The notes under the pieces are model-generated. The model searched no databases. It saw only the letters and a program-made list of their open reading frames with translations, and was not told the DNA's origin. From Candidatus Limiplasma sp. (GTDB lineage Bacteria > Bacillota > Clostridia > Christensenellales > Aristaeellaceae), in the NCBI GenBank assembly GCA_963663285.2, contig CAXXNI010000004.1:491805-555804 (forward strand): DNA of 64,000 bases, written 5' to 3'. The position numbers were made by a program, and so were the translations under genes. Position 1 is the stretch's first letter. The number at the start of each line of letters is the position of its first letter. Below, in pieces: positions 26,074-34,298 of the stretch.

Positions 26074-27612
26074 ATGAAAAGAATGCTCGCGCTTCTGGTC
26101 TCCCTGGTACTGCTGGCGTCTTTCTTGCCAACTCTCGCACTAGCCGAGGAGGATGTGCAAACCTCGCCCGTCATCTTTGTGGTCCGCTCCAACAGCAACA
26201 GGGAAAACAAAACCGACAACCAAACCATCCACGACATGATCGCGGAACAATCCGGTGTTGATTTTGAGGTTGTCGTTGTCAGTGAAGAAAACTGGAACGA
26301 AAAAATCAATGTCATGATGGCCTCCGGGGAAGAGTTTGACACGCTCAACCTTACCGCAAGCAACGGCAACTGGGCTACCTTTGCGGAAAACGGCTCTATC
26401 CAGCCCTGGGGCGACCTGCTGGAGACATATGCGCCGCACATTATGGCGATGATTCCGGAAGAAGCCTGGGAGTCCTGCAAGGATGCGGACGGCAACATTT
26501 GGGCGATTCCGCGCCATGAGAGTTTCACGTCCGGCGGCGTGCCGACCCTGCGTACGGACTGGCTTGCCATGCTGGGGATGGATATGCCCACAACGCTGGC
26601 CGAACTGGAAGCCTATTTTGAAGGCGTAATGACGACCGATATGAACGGCAACGGCGTTGTTGATGACGAAATTCCTTATGTACCGTACTACCAAAGCCTG
26701 TATGGCCCGCTGCACGGCTACTACCTGGGCACGAACGGCGCTTGCGATAACGACGATCACTACCTTGCCGAAGACGGCGCTGTAATGCCGTGGTACATGC
26801 ACCCCAATGCCTACGCAATGGCAGCCAAAGCCGGCGAATGGTACCAGAAAGGGTACATCAACCAGGATTATCTTACCATGACTAAGAACCAGTGCGACGA
26901 CTGGTGCGCCAGTGACCGCGTTGGTATGGTATCCGGCTGGTATAACCTCGGCCTGCCCGGCTGCGAAACCTTGAGACAGAACAATCCCGACAGCGCGGTA
27001 GCCTGGAGCGCCATCCCGAATTTGCTGGATGAAGAAGGCAACACAACGGTATGGACCGGCAACCCCACCTATATGCCTGAACTGGTACTCTCCGCCACCA
27101 GCACCAACGCCAAATGGGCGCTGAAGCTGCTGGACTGGATTTATACCAGCGAAGAAAACTACATGCTTGCCACCTATGGTATCGAGGGCACGCACTGGAA
27201 CATGGTGGACGATACCCGCGCATTCACCCAGCCGGAAGGCGCAACGGACGGTTATTTGCTGGAGTACCAGCTGCTTGAGTGGTATGATTATTCCGTCTAT
27301 CCGGAACCGTACTACTCCGAAGAACTCAGCTGGCGGCAGTGGGTTGCCTATAACATGCGCAAAGAAATTGCCAATGGCATCACCGCTGTTCCGCGCTTTG
27401 ATTTCTATGTGCCGTACAACCTGATCGGCACCGATGCGGAGTTCCTGACCAACGATGCTTCCGACCTGATGAAGGAAGCACTGCAGAAGGTAATGACTGG
27501 CGAATTCACGCAGGATGATTGGAACAACGCCGCTGCACTCGCGTGGGAAACCGACGGACAGGTGCGCAGCGCCGTATGGACCGAGCAGTATCACAACTTC
27601 GTGGGAAAATAA
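26074..27612 (+). CDS. extracellular solute-binding protein, LplA-type
   Basis: AAGGAGG, 7 nt, then the ATG at 26074. The signal peptide is MKRMLALLVSLVLLASFLPTLALA and the product is about 512 aa. Confidence 0.85.
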   Translation: MKRMLALLVSLVLLASFLPTLALAEEDVQTSPVIFVVRSNSNRENKTDNQTIHDMIAEQSGVDFEVVVVSEENWNEKINVMMASGEEFDTLNLTASNGNWATFAENGSIQPWGDLLETYAPHIMAMIPEEAWESCKDADGNIWAIPRHESFTSGGVPTLRTDWLAMLGMDMPTTLAELEAYFEGVMTTDMNGNGVVDDEIPYVPYYQSLYGPLHGYYLGTNGACDNDDHYLAEDGAVMPWYMHPNAYAMAAKAGEWYQKGYINQDYLTMTKNQCDDWCASDRVGMVSGWYNLGLPGCETLRQNNPDSAVAWSAIPNLLDEEGNTTVWTGNPTYMPELVLSATSTNAKWALKLLDWIYTSEENYMLATYGIEGTHWNMVDDTRAFTQPEGATDGYLLEYQLLEWYDYSVYPEPYYSEELSWRQWVAYNMRKEIANGITAVPRFDFYVPYNLIGTDAEFLTNDASDLMKEALQKVMTGEFTQDDWNNAAALAWETDGQVRSAVWTEQYHNFVGK

Positions 27613-27742
27613 GCACCCTTTTCAAGGCCTGCTGTGCTTTTAAGTACATGGGTGGCATGAACACAAGGATACCCCTTGTGAATCCTTCCTCCCACTAAGG
27701 ATAACAACAGCAGGGATTTGATGGAATATCCATCGTTATGGC

Positions 27743-27784
27743 AAAAGCCCCCTGATGCCGCTTGAGCGGTATCAGGGGGCTTTT
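27743..27784. terminator. bidirectional intrinsic terminator between convergent operons
   Basis: AAAA, then GCCCCCTGATGCCGC, loop TTGA, GCGGTATCAGGGGGC, then TTTT. The stem is 15 bp with one G-U pair. Confidence 0.75.
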
Positions 27785-27861
27785 GGCGTTAAGCACATAT
27801 AAACAGGCGTAAAATGAACAGGATATACGCGCTTCCGCGGGGTTTATGCCCCGCTGTCACC

Positions 27862-28971
27862 TTATACCGTAATGACCCGGTTGCGGGCTGTAACAGGCCA
27901 ATGGTTTACGATCTCTCCGCCCTGCGCCACAAGGATTTCGGGGTAAAGCGCGCTGGTGGGGCAGATGTGCCAAGGCGCGGCGTACAGTACCGTGCCGATG
28001 GCGGGGCGTTCCCGGCCCGCGGGAATTTGCAGCACCCAATGTTCCTCGTTTTGCTTTACGGTGACCACGTCCTCGTAACCGGCGATCACCGCGCGCAGCG
28101 GTTCGGGATCGGCGGCGACGGCTTTTGTACCCAAATCCAGTGTAAACAAGCCGGGGGCGGGATGGCTGACGACACGCGTTGCTACCATAGCGCCGATGGT
28201 AAAGGGAAGATCAGCAAACGTGCTGGCATAGCCGTAATCCTGTATTAAACAGGTGCCCGGAGAAAGGCATGCGTCCGCATACTGCGCATGACAGGGGAAG
28301 GACGGCGTACCGCCCATCACCATCAGCGTACAATCCAGCCCTTCGGTGCGCAGTTGATCGCGCAGGGTATAAACAGGCGCGACATCCTGCGCCACCAACC
28401 GTTTACGCTCTTCCAAATCGCGCTCATGCCTCTGCCCGTCATACACATGCATGCCGCGAACGCGCAGGGCGGGCATGGCTGCAACCTTGCGGTACAGCGC
28501 GCCGGCCAGCGCTGTGGGTACGCCGGTGCGGTTAAGGCCACTGTTAATATCCACCAATACGTTTACTGTCATGCCTGCTGCCGCAGCTGCGGCTGACAGT
28601 AGGGCGAACTGCTGCGCATCATCGCCGATAGCGAAATACTCCGTACCGGGGTAAGCTTTCGCCAGCCGGATAAAGCGCCCGATGTTGGGACCGGTGAGCG
28701 GATAGGCAATGATAGCTTGCTCCGCGCCGCATGCACCCACCATTTCCCCTTCGGCGATCGTTGCGCATTTAAAACGCCGGATGCCCATTTGCATTTGCAT
28801 CCGTACCAGATCGGCGGTTTTATGGCTTTTCACGTGCGGCCACAGGCGGCCGGAGCCGCCGGCCATCGCGATCATCTCCTGTGCGTTACGGATTATCAGG
28901 TCTTTGTAGTAGATCAACGCGGGGGTAACGATGCCATCCGTTTCTTTGAGCGTATAGGTTTCGGGGTTCAT
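27862..28971 (-). CDS. D-TA-family PLP enzyme (alanine-racemase fold; D-threonine aldolase / DSD1-type D-serine dehydratase-like)
   Basis: The PLP-lysine motif WPHVKSHKT and the C-terminal AAPWHICPT motif. Length 369 aa. The ATG overlaps the RidA stop (ATGA). Confidence 0.8.
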   Translation of the reverse strand: MNPETYTLKETDGIVTPALIYYKDLIIRNAQEMIAMAGGSGRLWPHVKSHKTADLVRMQMQMGIRRFKCATIAEGEMVGACGAEQAIIAYPLTGPNIGRFIRLAKAYPGTEYFAIGDDAQQFALLSAAAAAAGMTVNVLVDINSGLNRTGVPTALAGALYRKVAAMPALRVRGMHVYDGQRHERDLEERKRLVAQDVAPVYTLRDQLRTEGLDCTLMVMGGTPSFPCHAQYADACLSPGTCLIQDYGYASTFADLPFTIGAMVATRVVSHPAPGLFTLDLGTKAVAADPEPLRAVIAGYEDVVTVKQNEEHWVLQIPAGRERPAIGTVLYAAPWHICPTSALYPEILVAQGGEIVNHWPVTARNRVITV

Positions 28972-29447
28972 ATCGCCAGCCTCCCCGGTTCGACCTCAAA
29001 AATAAATTCCACTTCGCATGCGATGTTGCCGGGCAGTTCGTTGACACCGATGGCGGAACGCGCCCCTACGCCGTCCTCGCCGTAAAGATCGCGAAACAGG
29101 ATAGAGCAGCCGTTCAGTACTTCCGGCTGGCGGTTGAAACCATCGGCGCTCTCGATGAAACCGAGTATCTTCACCACGCTTTTAATGCGGTTCAGGTCGC
29201 CCAGATAATGGTTGAGTGTAGAAAGCGCGTTCAGACCACATAGCCTTGCTGCTGCCTGTCCCTGCTCCAGCGTGCATTCCGCACCCACTTTGCCTACGAT
29301 TGTGGGCACGCCTTTCACCGTCGCACCCTGACCGGAAACGTACAGCATATTGCCAACCTGTTTTACCGGCTTATAAACGCCGCCGGGAGGCGGCAGATCC
29401 GGCAATTCATAACCCAGCTCCTTCAGCCTTTGGTACACATCGTTCAT
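28968..29447 (-). CDS. RidA/YjgF-family reactive-intermediate deaminase
   Basis: About 159 aa counted from the ATG at 29447, which follows a GAAGGAGG RBS. The motifs ...LYVSGQG...ARSAIGVNELPGNIACEVEFIF are typical of the family. The ORF-track start at 29534 is an over-extension. Confidence 0.85.
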   Translation of the reverse strand: MNDVYQRLKELGYELPDLPPPGGVYKPVKQVGNMLYVSGQGATVKGVPTIVGKVGAECTLEQGQAAARLCGLNALSTLNHYLGDLNRIKSVVKILGFIESADGFNRQPEVLNGCSILFRDLYGEDGVGARSAIGVNELPGNIACEVEFIFEVEPGRLAI

Positions 29448-29583
29448 ATCGGTTCCTCCTTCAATGTTCTGCAGTGGGATCGGGTTTTTACCTATGAAAA
29501 CTCCGCTCTTGCGGAGGTACAGAGGCAGCCGCAAAGCGGCGTCCCCTCAAAATAGCATCCGGCGGGCGGATCCGTAAGCTGCG

Positions 29584-31167
29584 TCAATCGTTGCCAAGCA
29601 GCCTGCCGGCTGGTTCCCCGGTGAGCTGCCCGGATGCAAAAGCGGTTTTGCCGTTTACCAGCACCAGCCGCACTCCATCGCTGGGTTGTAATGGTTCGGC
29701 ATAGGTTGCGTTATCCCGGTAGGCTGCCCAATCCAGCAAAACCAGATCGGCGTAATAACCCGCTTCCAGACGGCCTCGATCCTTCAGGCGCAAAAACGCA
29801 GCGGGCAGGCGGGTCGTTTTATCGACAGCCTCCTGCAGGGTGAGCAGCTTTTCCTCTTTCACATACTGGCGGAAAAAACGCGGGAAAGCACCGTATCTGC
29901 GGGGGTGCGGCTTTCCGCCCGCGGAGTAGAGTGAATCCGAAATGACGATGCAACCCTGCTGCGAAAGGATTTTACGCACATCGTCCGGAGCCATTTCCTC
30001 CAGCACGACCGGCACGCGCCCATGCTCTCGAAGGAGTAGATCCAGCGCGAAGGAGCCGGGTTCCCGGCCTGCTTGCTCGGCAAGTGCTTGAATGCTCTGC
30101 CCGGCTTCGTGTTCGTCGGACGACCCTGCAACGATAATGCGGCTCCAGCCCAGCGAATAGGCGAAGTTATCCCATCCGTCACGCTCCTGACTGAACGCTT
30201 TGAGTATGGCGTCGCGCCCTGCCGGATCGGCGATGCGGCGCAGCGCGCCTTCGGCGCCGCCCTCCAGCGCTTCCGGCGGCAGCAGGGAAAGCAGCGTCGT
30301 GGAGCCCGCCGTGTAGGGATAAGCGTCAAAAGTAATATCCAAGCCGTCCTTGCGCGCCTGCCCGATGTGCGCAAGCATCGTATCCACGGCGTGCCCCCAC
30401 ATCTCCGTACCCGCGGCTTTCATATGGCTGATGTGGATACGCGCGCCGGATGCGCGGCCAATGGCGATCATCTCGTCAATGCTTTCAACGACGCTCTTAC
30501 CTTCCCCCCGGATGTGGGCGATCACCGGCTTATCATGCCGGGCGGCAACCCGTGCGATTTGGGTCAGCTCTGCGGTGGTGTAATAGCACTCCGGCGTATA
30601 CATAATGCCCATGCTAAGCCCCAGCGCTCCATCCGTGAGGGCTTCGTCCAACAGGGCGCAGATGGCATCCAGCTGCTGCGGGGTCAGCGGTTTGCTGGAA
30701 AACCCTGTTACGCAGCGGCGCAGGCTGCCATTGCCGACCAGATAGCCGCAGTTCATGGGCAGGGGGCGGCTGGCTACGGCGCTTAAAAATGTCTTTGTGT
30801 TCATCCCTTTCAGCGTTTCGGGTATCTCCCCCAGAACGGGAGCGGCGTAATCCCTTACGGCGTCAAAGGTATCAGGTGCGTTGGGCGCGCAGGAAAAGCC
30901 GCAGTTGCCGCTGATCATCGTGGTCAGGCCCTGCGTAAGCTCGTCCCACGGCTGACCGGAAAAGGGTATTAGATCGGCGTGACGGTGGATATCGATCAGC
31001 CCCGGTAAAAGCAACAACCCGTTTCCGTCGATTTCCCGGGCAGCCTGCGCGCCGGAGCCGGGTGGCAGCAGCTGCGCGATTTTCTCCCCGGTGATGCATA
31101 CGTCCGCCAGCCGTTCGCCGTTTAACCCGTCTACGGTGTTTGCGTTTCGGATGACAATATCGTACAT
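29584..31167 (-). CDS. N-acyl-D-amino-acid deacylase (D-aminoacylase, amidohydrolase superfamily)
   Basis: MYDIVIRNANTVDG...LLPGLIDIHRHAD and SGNCGFS motifs. GGAAGTGA precedes the ATG at 31167. The ORF-track N-terminal 56 aa overlap the upstream gene and look spurious. Confidence 0.85.
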   Translation of the reverse strand: MYDIVIRNANTVDGLNGERLADVCITGEKIAQLLPPGSGAQAAREIDGNGLLLLPGLIDIHRHADLIPFSGQPWDELTQGLTTMISGNCGFSCAPNAPDTFDAVRDYAAPVLGEIPETLKGMNTKTFLSAVASRPLPMNCGYLVGNGSLRRCVTGFSSKPLTPQQLDAICALLDEALTDGALGLSMGIMYTPECYYTTAELTQIARVAARHDKPVIAHIRGEGKSVVESIDEMIAIGRASGARIHISHMKAAGTEMWGHAVDTMLAHIGQARKDGLDITFDAYPYTAGSTTLLSLLPPEALEGGAEGALRRIADPAGRDAILKAFSQERDGWDNFAYSLGWSRIIVAGSSDEHEAGQSIQALAEQAGREPGSFALDLLLREHGRVPVVLEEMAPDDVRKILSQQGCIVISDSLYSAGGKPHPRRYGAFPRFFRQYVKEEKLLTLQEAVDKTTRLPAAFLRLKDRGRLEAGYYADLVLLDWAAYRDNATYAEPLQPSDGVRLVLVNGKTAFASGQLTGEPAGRLLGND

Positions 31168-31183
31168 GGTTCTCACTTCCTGT

Positions 31184-31939
31184 TTATCGATTGGCCTGCG
31201 GCGGTATCGAGAGCGTCCGGAAGATGGAAGCCGCTTTTTCCACGTGGGTTTTGCCTTGCGAAAGGTCGATCCCGAAATGGGACGGAAGCAAAGCCGTAAA
31301 ATCCAATTTGCATAGCTTCTCTGCCGTAGCGGCATAATCCGTTATGGAACAATCCCAAATGTTTTGCAAAATCACTTTGCCGCCCACGAAGATGGAATCG
31401 CCCGCGAATAAGTAACCGCGGCCTTCCCGCTGCATCAGGTAACACATATGACCGCTGCAATGGCCCGGCGTATCGATGGCCTGCCACAGGGTTTGCCCCA
31501 TCCGAAAGGTTTCTCCATCGGCAACCGGTGTAACCGGGCAGGGCTGAAACGAATAGTCCGCAGGGTACATTTTTCCCGCAATGGCGTCTTTGAGCGCGAT
31601 TGCCGCCGTATCCCCTTCACTCACATAGCGGGCGCACATGGCATGCGCTTTCACGGGCGCGCCTGTTGCTTTGTGCAGGTGAAAGGCATTTCCGGCATGA
31701 TCCGCGTGGCCGTGGGTAAGTAAAATCAGTTTTACGTCCGCAGGCTGAAAGCCGCACGCGCGGATGCTTTCCAGCGGAGCGCCGCCAGCCGGGCCTACGC
31801 CTGTATCCACCAATACAAGGCCGTCTCCGGTATCCACCATGTAGACGTCGCAATCCATCGGATCAGTCAGGTTGCTGCCTGCGCGGCCGCTGGCGAGCAC
31901 CCATAGAAAATCGTTCAAACGAATCGGCATGACCATCAT
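31184..31939 (-). CDS. MBL-fold metallo-hydrolase
   Basis: LTHGHADHAGN metal-binding motif. The likely start is at M55 or M58 of the tracked ORF (31939 or 31930). Confidence 0.8.
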   Translation of the reverse strand: MMVMPIRLNDFLWVLASGRAGSNLTDPMDCDVYMVDTGDGLVLVDTGVGPAGGAPLESIRACGFQPADVKLILLTHGHADHAGNAFHLHKATGAPVKAHAMCARYVSEGDTAAIALKDAIAGKMYPADYSFQPCPVTPVADGETFRMGQTLWQAIDTPGHCSGHMCYLMQREGRGYLFAGDSIFVGGKVILQNIWDCSITDYAATAEKLCKLDFTALLPSHFGIDLSQGKTHVEKAASIFRTLSIPPQANR

Positions 31940-32271
31940 TCCTTTCCAAAGAGCAGCTTGCTCTTTTCTGCCTGTGCAATCGCGATGCGGGCTGAGTACC
32001 GGCGTTTGCGCGCTTGGAGTGTGCTCCGCGTTAAACGGCGCGGCGCAACGCTGTGAAGGTATAAAAAGACAGGGGTCACCATCAGTTGTGCGCCTTTGCA
32101 CGGCTGAGTATGGTCCCGAATCGGTGAAAGGATGGCCCGGCGAATCATCCGGGGGGTGGCGATAGGCTCGCGGGCATCCTGTATGGTATTGGCTTTCCTG
32201 TGCGAAAGTTGTGCTGCGGCACAGGGGTGCGCGCGGGGGCGCGGCGGCATTTTTGCGTATGGCGCGGCTGC

Positions 32272-33069
32272 TTATCCTTGCGGGGAGGCTTGCGAATCTT
32301 CCGGCTTTTCACCCGCTTTGCGGACGCTGTCCAGATAGTTGTAAAGTGTAAACTTGGAAATTCCTAAAAACTCGCAAACGCGTTCGCCGGATTTGGAGAT
32401 GACAAAAACGCCTTTATCATCCAAATATTTTAAGAACTTGCATTTATCTTCCCGATCCATCAGCGTAACCTGTTTGCCCACGTGGCTCACAGCGCTTTGC
32501 AGCATATATTCCAGCAGCTCGCCGATGTTGTTGAAAAAAACTTCTTTTGTTTCGTGCTCCGATTCCGCACTGTTTTCGTGGGAAAGGGAGTATTTATTTT
32601 CGTTGCGCAGATATTCTTCCATCTTCAGGGATTCGGTAATATCTTTATTGATACAGATGGAGCCGACTACGCGCCCCTCGTCGTTATGGATAAACAGGGT
32701 GGAAGAACGGAGAATTTTACCCGTATGGGTATGGGTAACGTAATTGTAGCGATCACCGTTTTCCACCGTGCCGCGGAGCACCTCCAGCCCAAGGTTGCTA
32801 CCGCAGTCGCCGATTTCGCGGCCCGTAACATGCCCGTTGCGGATATCCACGATGGTATGGTCGTACTCTTTGGACAAATCGTGCAGTACGATCTCGTCGT
32901 TAGCGTTCATCTGGGATTCCAGCATATCCAGTAATTGTTTAAAGAAGGACTGTTCCTCCTTGATAAACTTCATACATTCACCATCGCAATCAAACAAATT
33001 TTTATTTTTATGGCTGGATTCTAACATACAATTTGTTATATGTAAAGCGGAAATATAAAAATTATTCAT
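32272..33069 (-). CDS. YheO-like PAS-domain transcriptional regulator (PAS_6 plus C-terminal HTH)
   Basis: EIVLHDL...IVDIRNGHVTGREIG...GSICINKD parallels E. coli YheO (EIVLHSL...IANGEHTGRKIG...GLLCINMN). The C-terminal HTH reads VCEFLGISKFTLYNYL. The true start is uncertain and may be the ATG at 32973. The gene is visibly AT-richer than its neighbours. Confidence 0.8.
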   Translation of the reverse strand: MNNFYISALHITNCMLESSHKNKNLFDCDGECMKFIKEEQSFFKQLLDMLESQMNANDEIVLHDLSKEYDHTIVDIRNGHVTGREIGDCGSNLGLEVLRGTVENGDRYNYVTHTHTGKILRSSTLFIHNDEGRVVGSICINKDITESLKMEEYLRNENKYSLSHENSAESEHETKEVFFNNIGELLEYMLQSAVSHVGKQVTLMDREDKCKFLKYLDDKGVFVISKSGERVCEFLGISKFTLYNYLDSVRKAGEKPEDSQASPQG

Positions 33070-33261
33070 TTAGCAAGCGGAAATGATCATTTTTTCTTAT
33101 TCCCTGTGGTCGCAGGGCGAGCACACAGTTAAAAACGGGAAGAGTAAATAACCCGTGGCTGACGCGCTTGTTTGCCTATCCAACCGGAGCACGCCGGGCG
33201 TATTGAAAACGCTGTACTAACGCAGAAATAAAAAGACAGCCCGGCGCTGTATGAAAAGGGA

Positions 33262-33304
33262 AGGAAAAAGATGGATTGGCACAGCGTTTCTGTACCAATC
33301 CATC
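33262..33304 (-). terminator. intrinsic terminator after the GntR gene
   Basis: 15-bp stem arms at 33270-33284 and 33290-33304 with one mismatch and a 5-nt loop, followed on the minus strand by TTTTT. Confidence 0.65.
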
Positions 33305-33382
33305 CTGTCCGGCGGATACGCGCTGCATCCGAAAAATGCGGCAGTGCGCAACTGGGTTTGTTTGTGTATAATTGTATGCTGC

Positions 33383-34141
33383 TTATTTAGGGCTGAGCTG
33401 ATGCGTAATTTGCCCGGACGCTGTCTCGGTACTATCCGGCCCGGCGCATACTACCAGTTTATATTTGTCCCCACGGATGAAGCTTTCCACATACTCCATC
33501 GGGGAACCGTCGGGATGCTTACCGACGCGTTCGGAAAAGAAGATGGGGTCGCCCTTGGCAATCCCAAGCAAATCGGCGGTTTTGGTGGTGGCACGTACAA
33601 TAGAATAGGTATCCTCCACCAAAGTGGGAACGGTGTTGTACTTTTTCATTAACGAGTCATACAGCGAGTCTCCAATATCCGTGATCTGGAGATTGGGGAA
33701 AATATCGCTGCGCAGGTAAGAACAAATCACGGCCAGCGGCTCGCCATTTACGGTCATCAGCCGCTTATAGCGGGTAACCTCGGTACCGGGAATAACGCGC
33801 AATTTTTCGGTTACGGGGCTGCCGGCGGCAATTGTACCAAAAAACAGCGTACGGTATACAGGTGTAAAGCCCTGCGCCAGAACATCGTTGGTAAAGGTGG
33901 GCAAACGGTCGAACGAGCGGCTGATGCGCTCGGGTGCGACGAAGGTACCTTTGCCCTGTACGCGGTATAATAGCCCTTCATATACCAGATCCTGCATAGC
34001 CTGCTTTACCGTGCCGCGGCTGACAGAATATTTTTCCATCAGTTCATGCTCGCTGGGCACGCGCTGATGGGGCAGCATGGAGGCGATTTCTTTGACAAGT
34101 TGGCTTTTAATTTGCACATAGTAAGGGAGGCTAGCTTTCAT
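33383..34141 (-). CDS. GntR-family regulator, HutC subfamily (wHTH plus UTRA)
   Basis: The N-terminal GntR HTH reads LPSEHELMEKYSVSRGTVKQAMQDLVYEGLLYRVQGKGTFV and is followed by a UTRA-like C-terminal domain. Length is 252 aa. Confidence 0.9.
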   Translation of the reverse strand: MKASLPYYVQIKSQLVKEIASMLPHQRVPSEHELMEKYSVSRGTVKQAMQDLVYEGLLYRVQGKGTFVAPERISRSFDRLPTFTNDVLAQGFTPVYRTLFFGTIAAGSPVTEKLRVIPGTEVTRYKRLMTVNGEPLAVICSYLRSDIFPNLQITDIGDSLYDSLMKKYNTVPTLVEDTYSIVRATTKTADLLGIAKGDPIFFSERVGKHPDGSPMEYVESFIRGDKYKLVVCAGPDSTETASGQITHQLSPK

Positions 34142-34215
34142 AATCCGGCTCCTTTTTACAATCTATTCTATTATAGCATGATTTTTCAGGAAAAAAAGAA
34201 AAAGTTTGATTATCT

Positions 34216-34231
34216 AGTTGACTAGTCAACT
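34216..34231. promoter_or_regulatory. perfect 16-bp palindrome, candidate HutC-type operator
   Basis: AGTTGACTAGTCAACT is a perfect inverted repeat. It overlaps the -35 of the predicted SBP promoter and resembles the GT-N-TA-N-AC type sites of HutC-subfamily regulators. Confidence 0.55.
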
Positions 34232-34246
34232 GATTCGGTGTATGAT
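34218..34246 (+). promoter_or_regulatory. candidate sigma-A promoter of the ABC/PTE operon
   Basis: TTGACT (34218-34223), a 17-nt spacer and TATGAT (34241-34246), about 50 nt upstream of the SBP start. Confidence 0.45.
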
Positions 34247-34298
34247 GGGTGCAGAAAAGCAAAGGCGCTTTTTAAAAATTGAAGGGGGCTGCTCCACT

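Noticed and set aside
29584-31335. N-terminal extensions in the ORF track. Examples are the D-aminoacylase to 31335, RidA to 29534, the MBL hydrolase to 32101, AraC to 14891, the SBPs at 26032, 34218 and 52644, the permease at 55899 and LacI at 62578.
   Set aside because: In each case an internal ATG with a GGAGG-type RBS matches the family's usual N-terminus or signal peptide. The extension either overlaps the upstream gene or reads as nonsense.
33204-33217. A cre-like sequence, TGAAAACGCTGTAC, in the gap between the GntR and YheO-like genes.
   Set aside because: It matches only part of the CcpA cre consensus (TGWAANCGNTNWCA) and has mismatches in the right arm. It is a single occurrence and cannot be supported without a genome-wide model.
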